The translations under genes were made by a program, and so were the position numbers. From contig JBGOXZ010000001.1 in the NCBI GenBank assembly GCA_041479395.1, positions 1 to 53,835 on the forward strand: a stretch of DNA of 53,835 nucleotides, read 5' to 3'. Numbering within the stretch: the first letter of the stretch is position 1; each line of letters opens with the position of its first letter. The notes beneath the pieces are model-generated. The model was given only the letters and a program-made list of their open reading frames with translations. It had not been told where the DNA came from and made no database searches. The stretch is from Opitutaceae bacterium. Its GTDB lineage: Bacteria > Verrucomicrobiota > Verrucomicrobiia > Opitutales > Opitutaceae. Below are positions 1 to 8,780 of the stretch, in pieces.

Positions 1-1
1 C

Positions 2-508
2 ATGACCGGCTGGAACATTGATCCCGGTGTCTGGACGATCACGCAGGGCGTCGACACCGACAACGACGATGCCGCGGACCAGTCGCTCTCGACGACCACC
101 GCGGAATTTGAACGGACGCGTTCGCTCGAGCTCACCCTGCCGCCGCGCGCCACCACCGTCCTCACCTTGAGACTGACGGATCCTGGCACGCCCTACTGGC
201 AGCGCCCCGACCTGGGCATCGGGCCCGAAGATGTCACGCTGCAGGGCCGCAATGTGCGTGTGAAGGTGCACAGCCTTGGCTCCGTGCCGGCGCCGGCAGC
301 CATCGTGGTCGTCCGCAACGCCGCCGGCCGAATCCTGGTCGGCGCCTCCGTGCCGGCGCTCGCAGCGCCCGTCGATCTCCGGCCGCAGACCGTTGACGTG
401 ACGCTTACGCTGCCGGCAGGGGCCGATCCCGTCGGCGGCTGGGTGGAAATCGATCCGGATCACGCGTTGACCGAAATCACGACGCGCAACAACGCGGCGG
501 GATTGTAG
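2..508 (+). CDS. 3' end of a larger secreted protein (5' part outside window) with a CARDB/Ig-like C-terminal domain
   Basis: The frame-2 ORF is open to the window edge and is GC3-rich. The tail VEIDPDHALTEITTRNNAAGL resembles the acidic-x-NN ending of CARDB-type beta-sandwich domains. No catalytic motif is visible, so function is unassigned. Confidence 0.45.
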   Translation: MTGWNIDPGVWTITQGVDTDNDDAADQSLSTTTAEFERTRSLELTLPPRATTVLTLRLTDPGTPYWQRPDLGIGPEDVTLQGRNVRVKVHSLGSVPAPAAIVVVRNAAGRILVGASVPALAAPVDLRPQTVDVTLTLPAGADPVGGWVEIDPDHALTEITTRNNAAGL

Positions 509-588
509 GTCGGGCGCGCCCGCCTCCGGCATTCGCGCGTGCCGGCAGCGGCATCCGGCAGCGCCGGCCTCCCGCCCGATTATTGCAC

Positions 589-1290
589 TCACTGCAACGC
601 CGCTGCGTCCAGCGCAGTGCCGTGCAGCCGCACCTCGCCAAGGGCGCCCTTGAACCAGGAAATCCGGTTAAGCCGCACGCCGAGCGACGTTCGGCCCGCC
701 TGCATCGGCGCGAAGTCCACCCTCCCTTCGAGCTCTTGCTGTCCGTTAACGTAGTGGGTCATCCGGCGGCCATCATACCGCAGCGCGACCCAATACCAAC
801 GGCCGGCCGGGTGCAGCTTCGAGCGGTCTAGCAGGGCGAGACCGCTCTTCCCTGAGAGCATGAACGTGTCGAGAGCCCACTGCCCGTCGGAGCACATCCG
901 GATTTCCAACAGGACGCGGCTGCCCGCGTCGTCCTCCACGTGAAAGAACCGCTGTTCGGCCCTGCCACCGGCTTCGGGTTCAAGCAGAATTTCGATGGTG
1001 AATTCCCTGAGTCCCGCAAGGGGATTCACCGACAGGACAAGGCCATCGTCCACCCCGTTGAGATGCACGGCGTGTTCGCCTTCCGTCACCCGTGGCGCGC
1101 CGAGCACGGTGGGCACAAGGCCGCCGACCGACGTCACCTGGTCGAGGGTCCAGACGACGGGGACCGCCGGTGCAGCGGCCGCCGCCGGATTCTCCGCGCC
1201 CAGCCGATTCCCGCTCGAACCGACCCAGGCGATGGTGGCGATCACCAGACCTGCACCGAGCCTGCCAGCGTTTCGCAACGGTGGGGGCAT
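589..1290 (-). CDS. secreted LamG / concanavalin-A-like lectin-glucanase domain protein
   Basis: Hydrophobic leader RLGAGLVIATIAWVGS, followed by about 200 aa with a LamG-like strand pattern (FTIEILLEP, WYWVALRYDGRRMTHYVNG, ISWFKGALGEVRL). The ATG at 1290 is preferred over the TTG at 1311 used by the ORF track. Confidence 0.55.
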   Translation of the reverse strand: MPPPLRNAGRLGAGLVIATIAWVGSSGNRLGAENPAAAAAPAVPVVWTLDQVTSVGGLVPTVLGAPRVTEGEHAVHLNGVDDGLVLSVNPLAGLREFTIEILLEPEAGGRAEQRFFHVEDDAGSRVLLEIRMCSDGQWALDTFMLSGKSGLALLDRSKLHPAGRWYWVALRYDGRRMTHYVNGQQELEGRVDFAPMQAGRTSLGVRLNRISWFKGALGEVRLHGTALDAAALQ

Positions 1291-1620
1291 GACCGGACCA
1301 TCAATCCACAAGCTGGATGCCGAGTCAACGGGACGCCGCGGCTCCGCTGGTCTTTCTCAAGCATTCATTGTCCGAAAACGGAGGCGGGTGCCGCGCCTCC
1401 AGCATGGGCTGGGTTGGCTCGAGGCTGCCGGAATAGCCGATGCGTTCGAGATAAGCGGGCAGGTCGAGCCGGGGCGGTTCGGAGACGGAGCTGGACATGG
1501 CGGAAGCGTGGCAGGCAGTACAAAACTGGTCATGGCTCGATTATCGAATTTCGGGGCGGTTTTCTGCAGTGCGCCATTGCCTTGCCGGGCGGGTCCGGTT
1601 TTGCTCGAAACCTTTCGCCC

Positions 1621-2508
1621 ATGAAACCCGGCCTTCTCCGCACCGCTGCCCTCGTCGCCGGCATGGTTCTGGGCGTGCTGCTGCCGCAGGCGCATGCCGC
1701 GGCGTGGGCGATTCGCTGGCTCGTCATGGGCATGCTGTTCCTTATGTTTCTGCAGACGGGCCTGGCGCACCAAGCCATCCGCCGCAGCCATTTGATCCTG
1801 TTGGTGGCGAACCTGGCGATCGGCTTCGCCGCATGGGGGCTGGGCTGGCTCGTGGGCGGGCGTGAGGTCGCGCTGGCGGCGTTCTTTGCCGGCATCACGC
1901 CGACGGCGACGGCTGCGCCAGTCGTGGTCAGCTTCCTGCGGGGGCGCGTGGAATACGTGATCGCGGCGTTTCTCCTGACCAACCTTGTCATCGCGGCACT
2001 GTTGCCCGGCCTCCTCCCGCTCGTGCTGGGTCGGGCCACGCCGGACGCGTTTGTCCAAGTGCTCGGCAGCGTGGGACTGGTCGTGTTCGGGCCGATGGGC
2101 GCGGCGTGGTTGCTGCGCACGGTGCACGCGCGGGCCGCGGAATGGCCGCAACACCTGCGCAACGTTTCGTTCGGCATGTGGGTGCTCGCGCTCTTCCTCG
2201 TCACGGCCAACGGCTCGCATTTCCTGCGCAGCCAGGCGGACCTTTCGCTCCGGGCCCTGGGCCAGATCGCCGCCACGACGGCCGTGGTCTGCGCGGCCAG
2301 TTTCGCGCTCGGACGGGTGATCGGGGGGAGGGAGTTTCCTCGCGAAGCCAGCCAGTCGCTCGGGCAGAAAAACACCTCGTTGACCATCTACCTCGCCCTC
2401 GCCTATGCGAACCCGCTCGTCGCTCTCGGGCCGACCTGCTATGTCCTCTGGCACAATCTGTGGAATTCCTGGCAGCTCCATCAAAGCCGGCACATGGACC
2501 TCGGCTGA
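1621..2508 (+). CDS. polytopic membrane transporter, probably bile acid:Na+ symporter (BASS/SBF-like) family
   Basis: About 295 aa with 8-9 hydrophobic segments, and SLGQKNTSLTIYLALAYA resembles the BASS-family signature helix. The track ORF 940..2508 is truncated to the ATG at 1621 (MKPGLLRTAALVAG), because the upstream 227 codons are Arg/Gly-rich and overlap the divergent promoter region. Confidence 0.5.
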   Translation: MKPGLLRTAALVAGMVLGVLLPQAHAAAWAIRWLVMGMLFLMFLQTGLAHQAIRRSHLILLVANLAIGFAAWGLGWLVGGREVALAAFFAGITPTATAAPVVVSFLRGRVEYVIAAFLLTNLVIAALLPGLLPLVLGRATPDAFVQVLGSVGLVVFGPMGAAWLLRTVHARAAEWPQHLRNVSFGMWVLALFLVTANGSHFLRSQADLSLRALGQIAATTAVVCAASFALGRVIGGREFPREASQSLGQKNTSLTIYLALAYANPLVALGPTCYVLWHNLWNSWQLHQSRHMDLG

Positions 2509-2622
2509 CCCCGGCCGAGCTGGCGGGGAACAAGCTGAAACTTTGATCCCGCGGTCGCGTCTGTTGAACGTGATAGTAGCTATGTCCAGACGGCAGGGCC
2601 GGACCTCTGCGGTCTTCCCGAG

Positions 2623-4305
2623 ATGAGGGAAAAACGATCTCATGTCATGCCGCTCGCCGGAGGGTGTCTTGCCGCCCTCCTGCTCCTGCTCTGGCTCGTG
2701 CTGAGCGACAGGACGAACGACCGCAGTGCGCGACCGACGGATCTGACACCTGCGGCAAGCACCGGATCGTCCATTCCAAGTCCGGTCGTCACCCGCGCGC
2801 CGTCGACCGCGGCGGCGCGGTCCGCTCCGACAGATGCCCGATCGAACCCGCTCGGCCGGCCGGCGCTGGAATATCTCCAGCAGACGCTCGGTCAATCCGA
2901 CGCGCGGCCTCACGAAGCGGTGCTGACGTTCGCGAATGCGAAAGCCTACCGGCGATTTCTCGCCCGCGCCGCCCAGTTAGGAATCACCGTGTTGGGGCGG
3001 CTGGACGCCCTTCTGACGGTACGGGTGCGCTATGATTCACTCGCCGGCCTGCAGGCCGACATGCTGGCCAACGCCGCGGACTACGCGGAGATAGGCGCCA
3101 ACTTCTACATCAACCTCCCGCCAACGCCGCCGAAACAGGATCGCGCGTCGCAGATCCTCGTGCCCTTTGGCAACGACATGCTCGGCTTCCTGGGCGTCAC
3201 CGGCGACCACAGCCAGTGGGGCCGCGGAATCACCATCGCGGTGCTCGACAGCGGGGTCGCACCGGACAGCACATTCGGACAAGGGCGCCTGCAGTATCTG
3301 GACATCGGCCTCGGCACCGCCGCCGGCACCGGACCGGAGGACGGACACGGCACCGCCGTGGCAGCGCTGGCGGCGGGTGACTCGCCGAACGCCCCGGGCG
3401 TCGCGCCCGCAGCCGAGATTCTCAGCATCCGCATCACCGATGCGAATACCCAGAGCGATATCTTTACCGTCGCGCAGGCGATCCTTGCGGCGGTTGATGC
3501 GGAAGCGCAGATCATCAACATCAGCCTGGGCGGTTACGAGAGCAGCCCCACCCTGAACCGCGCCATCGATTATGCGGCCCAGCACGGCGTGGTCATCGTG
3601 GCCTCCGCCGGCAATGATCAGGCCGCACAGCTCACCTGGCCGGCGGCCGACGCGCGGGTCGTCTCGGTCGGCGCGGTCGATGCGCTCGGGCAGCAGGTGA
3701 TTTTCTCCAATTCCAGTCCGCAACTGCAAATGACCGCTCCCGGCTACGGCGTGCAGACCGCGTGGCTCGACGGCCAACGCGTCTACTTCGACGGCACCTC
3801 CGCCAGCGCCCCCATTGTGGCCGGCGCCATCGCCGCCATGATGTCCGTCAACCCCGGCCTGAGCGCGGCGCAGGCGTGGCAGACGCTCCAGCAATATGCC
3901 AGCGATGGCGGAGCCCCGGGGCCGGATCCGGACTACGGCAACGGCATTCTTAATGTCGGCTGGGCGATGAATCGCAACGACCCGCTGCGCATCGACACCG
4001 CCGTCTCCAGCCACTATTACGATGCCGCCACCGGGCAGATGGAATTCGTGGTGCAAAACCGCAGCGGACAAGGCGTCAGTGGCATGGTGTTGAGTGTCGA
4101 AGCCGGTGGCGTTACCAGCCCCTCGCCCATTCCCCTGCTTGGTCCCGGCGCCACTTACGTGGTCAAAATGCCCGTCGACCAGAACCAACTCGCCGCGAGC
4201 GGCAGCATCATCTACCGCACCCAGCTGGTCAATCCCCCGGGTATCGTCGACCAGGTTCCGGTCAACAATCGCCGCACCAGCTCCCTCACCCCGCCGTCAA
4301 AGTGA
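2623..4305 (+). CDS. subtilisin-like serine protease (peptidase S8)
   Basis: The Asp/His/Ser triad motifs occur in subtilase order: ITIAVLDSGV, DGHGTAVAALAAG, DGTSASAPIVAGAIAAM, plus SAGNDQ. The N-terminus has a signal/anchor (LAGGCLAALLLLLWLVLS). The C-terminal ~100 aa is a beta-sandwich-like tail ending VPVNNRR (CARDB-like). Confidence 0.9.
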   Translation: MREKRSHVMPLAGGCLAALLLLLWLVLSDRTNDRSARPTDLTPAASTGSSIPSPVVTRAPSTAAARSAPTDARSNPLGRPALEYLQQTLGQSDARPHEAVLTFANAKAYRRFLARAAQLGITVLGRLDALLTVRVRYDSLAGLQADMLANAADYAEIGANFYINLPPTPPKQDRASQILVPFGNDMLGFLGVTGDHSQWGRGITIAVLDSGVAPDSTFGQGRLQYLDIGLGTAAGTGPEDGHGTAVAALAAGDSPNAPGVAPAAEILSIRITDANTQSDIFTVAQAILAAVDAEAQIINISLGGYESSPTLNRAIDYAAQHGVVIVASAGNDQAAQLTWPAADARVVSVGAVDALGQQVIFSNSSPQLQMTAPGYGVQTAWLDGQRVYFDGTSASAPIVAGAIAAMMSVNPGLSAAQAWQTLQQYASDGGAPGPDPDYGNGILNVGWAMNRNDPLRIDTAVSSHYYDAATGQMEFVVQNRSGQGVSGMVLSVEAGGVTSPSPIPLLGPGATYVVKMPVDQNQLAASGSIIYRTQLVNPPGIVDQVPVNNRRTSSLTPPSK

Positions 4306-4477
4306 CCCGGCCGCGCGGTGCCCCCGCCACGACGCCCGCTGGCTGCGAGCGTGAAGGAGAACGTGAGCCCGCCTCTATTTCTGCGCAAACCCGGCCTCGA
4401 CACTTGATCCCGGGCTTCACGCGGGGAGCCAGAGCCGGGCGGATCTGGCGGGCGGATGCTCGATGACGGATGCTGGA

Positions 4478-4507
4478 GGCAACCGCGCCAAACGATTCGC
4501 GGTTGCC
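4478..4507. terminator. perfect 10-bp stem hairpin between convergent genes
   Basis: GGCAACCGCG-ccaaacgatt-CGCGGTTGCC, lying between the S8 protease stop (4305) and the TIGR03118 stop (4604). There is no clear U-tract. Confidence 0.4.
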
Positions 4508-4527
4508 CCCAGCCACGCCCGCCGTGC

Positions 4528-4567
4528 GGACGGCTGACGACGCCCATGCTGGCGTCCTCAGCCGTCC
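4528..4567. terminator. long hairpin (17-bp stem, one mismatch) between convergent genes
   Basis: GGACGGCTGACGACGCC-catgct-GGCGTCCTCAGCCGTCC, 37 nt downstream of the minus-strand TIGR03118 stop. Confidence 0.45.
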
Positions 4568-4603
4568 TTCAGACGGACGCACGACGACCTCCCAGAGATA
4601 AGC

Positions 4604-5770
4604 TCAGTCATCGTCACCGTCGTGATCGCCATCGTCCGGGTCGGCCCAGGGAGTAATCGTGCCAAATAGGCCGTGCGCCTCGTCGTCAATGCCGGCAGTG
4701 AAAAAGAGCGTGGTCGACGGTCCGGCGCCGGCATCGTTGCCGAAACTCAGGGCCCAGAGTCCCTCGATGGCGAGAGGCCGGCCGTGTGCGCCGCGAACCA
4801 TCCCGCGGAAATGTCCGTGATTCGGATCAAACGCGGCGATTTTGCCGCTGCCAAAGTTACCCACGAGCAGCATGTTGCTGAATTTGCCGAAATTCGCCGG
4901 AGCCCACGCGATGCCCCACGGCGCGTTCAGCCAGTGTCCGTGTTGGAGTCGCATCAACAAGACGCCGTCGGTGTTGAAGGCATCGACGAAACCGAGCCCG
5001 GCTCCGGCGACCTCATCCTGCTTCTGGTCGTCCTGTTTGGCAAAAGCCACGAAGATCATGCCGTTGATGTTCTGCACATTGAATGGCGCGAACCCCCGGG
5101 GAAGGTGTCGATCCCGGAAGGCACCGGCGCCCAAGTTCACCGGATTGAAGTCCTTGTCGTAAACCTCGACCATGCCCGCGGAGAAGTTGGCGGCATAGAG
5201 AAAGTTTGCGCCGTTCCTTTGCCCGAGCGCCAAGCCTTTGTAGACCGCCGAGTCGGAATGATCGACCTTGAGGACCGCGTTCGTCCCCGAATTCCAGCCT
5301 GAGATCGTGCCATCTTCGGTCACGAAGATGAACCGCGCCGGCTGATTGGTACCGACTTGGAAGTCGGTCGAGCCATTGAAGACGATGCCAGTCGGCGTCG
5401 ATGGCGGAGTCCCGCCGGATGGCACCGGGATCGTGACCACCAAGCCCAGAGGGGCTCCGGCACCTGTATAGAGCGTCGAGACGCCCGCGCCGTTGTCCGA
5501 TGCCCACCACGGGCTGGTCGCGCTGCGGGCGAGTCCCCATGGATTCACCAGCGGCATGTGCGTGACTGCCGCGAGGCCCGGCACATCCGAAACCAAATTG
5601 GTCTGCTGGTACCGGTGCTGCGCCCAAGCCGACGGGGCAAGCCCCAACATCGTTCCGACGGAAAGGCCGGAAACCAGACGGGTTACGCGCGAGCGCCAGG
5701 TCGACGGCGCGATGGATTGATTTTGGTTTACGCTGCGATGAAGCGGCAGCGGGATGAGATCAGCATGCAT
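4604..5770 (-). CDS. TIGR03118 family protein (predicted secreted beta-propeller)
   Basis: The N-terminal leader ends in SAWA. It is followed by YQQTNLVSDVPGLAAVTHMPLVNPWGLARSATSPWWASDNGAGVSTLYTGAG, which matches the family-defining start of TIGR03118 as I remember it. The protein ends in the acidic tail DPDDGDHDGDDD. Confidence 0.7.
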   Translation of the reverse strand: MHADLIPLPLHRSVNQNQSIAPSTWRSRVTRLVSGLSVGTMLGLAPSAWAQHRYQQTNLVSDVPGLAAVTHMPLVNPWGLARSATSPWWASDNGAGVSTLYTGAGAPLGLVVTIPVPSGGTPPSTPTGIVFNGSTDFQVGTNQPARFIFVTEDGTISGWNSGTNAVLKVDHSDSAVYKGLALGQRNGANFLYAANFSAGMVEVYDKDFNPVNLGAGAFRDRHLPRGFAPFNVQNINGMIFVAFAKQDDQKQDEVAGAGLGFVDAFNTDGVLLMRLQHGHWLNAPWGIAWAPANFGKFSNMLLVGNFGSGKIAAFDPNHGHFRGMVRGAHGRPLAIEGLWALSFGNDAGAGPSTTLFFTAGIDDEAHGLFGTITPWADPDDGDHDGDDD

Positions 5771-5914
5771 ATGATACTCCTTTGGTTTTGTCCTCGGTGG
5801 GGAAGCGAGGAACCGTCCACGTGGTTGAGGAATTCGGGAGCGTGGTACTTACGCCGATTTTCTGGCAAAACAAGGGGCGCCGAGCTGAAAACCCCCTTGG
5901 GAGGGTCAGAATAT

Positions 5915-5932
5915 GGTAACAACCTTGTTACC
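5915..5932. promoter_or_regulatory. perfect 18-bp palindrome, candidate operator
   Basis: GGTAACAACCTTGTTACC (8-bp arms, 2-bp centre), 145 nt upstream of the TIGR03118 start codon in the 279-nt gap after rtcB. Confidence 0.3.
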
Positions 5933-6049
5933 TTCGGCCCGTGCCGGCCCAGATCCCGGCCGACCGTCGGCGGCGAATCCGGGATGAATGCTGAAGCCGC
6001 GCCGCGCGCAGCATCGTCCCGCCCCGGGAAAAACCGCGACGAATGAGGG

Positions 6050-7246
6050 CTAATCCTCCGCCCGTTCGCCGGCGGGCGCCATCTTCACCAGTCGCGGGTC
6101 GAAGCGCGCCACCACCTCCACCAGATCGGCCTGGGCCGCCATGACGGCATGGATGTCCTTGTAGACCATCGGCACCTCGTCGAGACCCGCCGAGATCAGC
6201 GTGACCCCGGCGGCGTCGAGCAGCCGTCGTGCGGCCTTCCAATCGAGCGTCTTCTTCGCCTGCGTGCGGCTCATCACCCGTCCCGCGCCGTGCGCCGCGG
6301 AGCAGAGCGATTCGTGGCTGCCCTTGCCGCGCACCACAAAACCCGGCGAGGCCATGGAGCCGGGGATGACGCCAAGGACGCCCGACGCCGCCGGCGTGGC
6401 GCCCTTGCGGTGCACGATGACCTCGCGTCCGTCATGCGTCTCTTTCCACGCGAAATTGTGGTGATTTTCCACGTCGAAGAGCACGCGGGCGCCCAAGTTG
6501 GCCGCGAGGTGCCGGTGGATGCAGGCGTGGTTGGCCGAGGCATATTTCCCCATGAGCTGCATGGCGGCCCAGTATTCCTGCCCCTCGGCCTCGTCGAGGG
6601 AGAACCAGGCCAGCCGCGCCAGTTCCTTCGGCAGATCGCGGCGCTTCTGCATCGCGAGCCTGCTGTAATGGTCGCACACCAGCGCGCCCGTGCCGCGGCT
6701 GCCGCTGTGGCTGAGCAGGGCCAGGTGCTCGCCCGCGGGCAGGCCGAGCCCGGGGTTGAGCACCGTGAGCAAGCCGAACTCCACGAAATGATTGCCACTG
6801 CCGCTCGTGCCGAGCTGGCGCCAGGCCTTGTCCCGGTGGGTCCGGGTCACGGGGCTAACGCTCCAATCTTCATCCATGACTGGATGTTGGCGTGGCGGTT
6901 TGAATTCCACCCCCACTCCGAAACGGGTTTCCGCCTCGATGGCGCGCGCCAGCCGCTCCCGGCGCTCCTGCAGCCAGGCCACGGGCAGATCCAGCACCGA
7001 AAGCTTCATGCGGCACGCGATGTCGACGCCGACCGCGAATGGAATCACCGCATGGTCGGTCGCCAGCACGCCACCGATGGGCAGGCCGTAGCCCACGTGG
7101 GCGTCGGGCATGAGCGCGCCACGCACGCTCACCGGCAGCGCGCAGGCGTTCTTCATCTGCTCGACGGACTGCGCATCGAGGTCGCGCCCCCACTGGCGCC
7201 ACGGCGCGGGCTCGGCGCGCAGCGCGTTGCGTTCGCGGTCACCCAT
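6050..7246 (-). CDS. rtcB: RNA 3'-phosphate/2',3'-cyclic phosphate ligase RtcB
   Basis: RtcB metal/GTP-site motifs occur in order: MPDAHVGYG, GVDIACRM, GSGNHFVE, LSHSGSRG, ENHHNFAW, IPGSMASPGF, AAHGAGRVMSR. The ATG at 7246 (MGDRERN..) gives a length like E. coli RtcB. The track start at 7354 is a GTG, 36 codons upstream. Confidence 0.9.
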   Translation of the reverse strand: MGDRERNALRAEPAPWRQWGRDLDAQSVEQMKNACALPVSVRGALMPDAHVGYGLPIGGVLATDHAVIPFAVGVDIACRMKLSVLDLPVAWLQERRERLARAIEAETRFGVGVEFKPPRQHPVMDEDWSVSPVTRTHRDKAWRQLGTSGSGNHFVEFGLLTVLNPGLGLPAGEHLALLSHSGSRGTGALVCDHYSRLAMQKRRDLPKELARLAWFSLDEAEGQEYWAAMQLMGKYASANHACIHRHLAANLGARVLFDVENHHNFAWKETHDGREVIVHRKGATPAASGVLGVIPGSMASPGFVVRGKGSHESLCSAAHGAGRVMSRTQAKKTLDWKAARRLLDAAGVTLISAGLDEVPMVYKDIHAVMAAQADLVEVVARFDPRLVKMAPAGERAED

Positions 7247-7357
7247 GCTGCCACGATAAGGCTGATGCACCCGCAGGTCAAAGCCTGCGCGGTCACTCCA
7301 TTTCCGTATCACCCTGTCGCCAACGACTATAGATTTGATGACATGAATTCGCACCCG

Positions 7358-8620
7358 ATGAACCGATTGCCTTCATGCCTCACTTACGTAGAATCCTCGG
7401 CCATCGTGAAAACCGCTCTTCGACTCGTGGCGGTTTGGGTAGCGGTTCTGGGTTCCCTGCGTGGAACCGAGTCTGTCCATAAATTTGAGGTGAGAGTCGA
7501 CCCAACCATCCAGTACGCCCACGACGATATCTGGCATCACACGCCCTCGGAGACCGGACCGAAGTTTGCCCTCACTGACAAAGTCGTCCGGCACCAGCAG
7601 GCGCATTTCCTTGTGAACATCGTCGGGCCGGCCGCAGATGCCGAAGGCTACTCCGAAGTCTCCTATGACCTCACCATTCGACGACCCGACGGAACCGTGG
7701 TGGTTGAAAGAATGGGGCTGCCCGCTATTCCCCGCAGCAAGGTCCCGGCCGGCTACGTGAACCTCGCCCGGACTTTTCTTGGCTTTACGGCGGATGATAG
7801 CGACCCGCTCGGCAAGTACACGGTGCACCTCGTGGCGCATGACTTGGTCAGCGGTGGTCAGGCCGAATGGGAAGCAACTTTAACCGTGGTGACATTGGAG
7901 GAACTTGGCGGCCCGCCGGAGAACTTCGACCCGATCCGGTGGCTAACCAATTATTACCGCAGGCCCGAGCCGCACCTGGCTCTTCCGGCATTGATGGCAT
8001 TGAGCCATGATCCGGCTTCCCGACGCGTCCCAAACCGCCAGGGGCCACTGCTGGGCTTCTATGAGCAGGTACTCGCTGACAACCCGTGGCTGGCGCCAAA
8101 GTTCAAGCAGCGGTTCGCCACGACCACCGACGACGATGAACGCCGCCTGCTCGCGCAGGTGCTTGCCTACGTATATCGCGATGACGCCGGCTTCGCGCGC
8201 GACCTGCCCGACCCCGCACAGCGGGCGTTCGGTGACGTGCCGCGCAGTTGGCTTCCCATTCCGTCGACCGAACCGATGGACGGCGGCCAGCTTGATGTGT
8301 ACTGGGGACGGTTCCTAGCCAGCGGGCGTTTCCAACCGATTCGCGATCTCGTGACCGTCGTGCAAAACTACCTGCCGTATAAGGGCCAGCTGGAAGAATA
8401 CAAAAACCTGACGAAGAAACCCGGGACCGTTCCGCCGGCGGTGTACAAGGACGTGGTGCTCAGTGCCGCGTTATGGTCGCTCGGCAGCAACGCCTACCAG
8501 CACGAACTCGTCCGAAACTACCTACGCTATCTGCTTCACGCAAAGGACACTCCGCTCGAGGTGAAGCCAGCGCTGCAAGCCGCGCTTTCCTGGAAGCCCA
8601 AGGAGCAGCGGAGCAACTAG
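7358..8620 (+). CDS. hypothetical exported two-domain protein (N-terminal beta-sandwich-like region, C-terminal helical region)
   Basis: This is the downstream third of track ORF 6149..8620; the upstream part is antisense to rtcB. The hydrophobic leader is KTALRLVAVWVAVLGSLRG. The start is uncertain (ATG 7343, ATG 7358 or GTG 7406). I recognise no family motif. Confidence 0.5.
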   Translation: MNRLPSCLTYVESSAIVKTALRLVAVWVAVLGSLRGTESVHKFEVRVDPTIQYAHDDIWHHTPSETGPKFALTDKVVRHQQAHFLVNIVGPAADAEGYSEVSYDLTIRRPDGTVVVERMGLPAIPRSKVPAGYVNLARTFLGFTADDSDPLGKYTVHLVAHDLVSGGQAEWEATLTVVTLEELGGPPENFDPIRWLTNYYRRPEPHLALPALMALSHDPASRRVPNRQGPLLGFYEQVLADNPWLAPKFKQRFATTTDDDERRLLAQVLAYVYRDDAGFARDLPDPAQRAFGDVPRSWLPIPSTEPMDGGQLDVYWGRFLASGRFQPIRDLVTVVQNYLPYKGQLEEYKNLTKKPGTVPPAVYKDVVLSAALWSLGSNAYQHELVRNYLRYLLHAKDTPLEVKPALQAALSWKPKEQRSN

Positions 8621-8780
8621 GTTGCCATCCCCCGTTCACATGAGTGGCCGAGGCGGATGACGATCCTTCTGCCGATGCCTCGCGCTGCCGGCGTGGCCAG
8701 CCTGATGACACGGATTTATCCCGGCGCGCCGGTTGTCTTCTTGCCTTACCTTCTTAGAATCCTAGGCCATTGTGCCTGCC

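Noticed and set aside
940-1620. 227-codon N-terminal extension of track ORF 940..2508.
   Set aside because: The translation is Arg/Gly-rich nonsense that overlaps the LamG gene on the opposite strand. The transporter starts naturally at the ATG at 1621 with a hydrophobic segment.
1357-2913. 518-aa minus-strand ORF spanning the transporter gene and the S8 protease start.
   Set aside because: The product is extremely Arg/Gly/Pro/Glu-rich and low-complexity. It is antisense to a convincing polytopic transporter and carries no motif. This is a typical shadow ORF of GC-rich DNA.
6149-7342. Upstream 398 codons of the 823-aa plus-strand ORF.
   Set aside because: It is exactly antisense to rtcB, whose motifs are unambiguous, and its composition is His/Arg/Ala/Gly-rich. 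Only the part after 7343 is treated as coding.
8621-8780. Possible SAM riboswitch in the metY leader.
   Set aside because: I could not find the SAM-I core (GGTGGAGGGA .. GGCCCGATGAAACC .. GGTGCCAA) or the SAM-II/SAM-V features. There is only a vague GTGGCCAGCCTGATGACAC resemblance. An Rfam cmscan would settle it.
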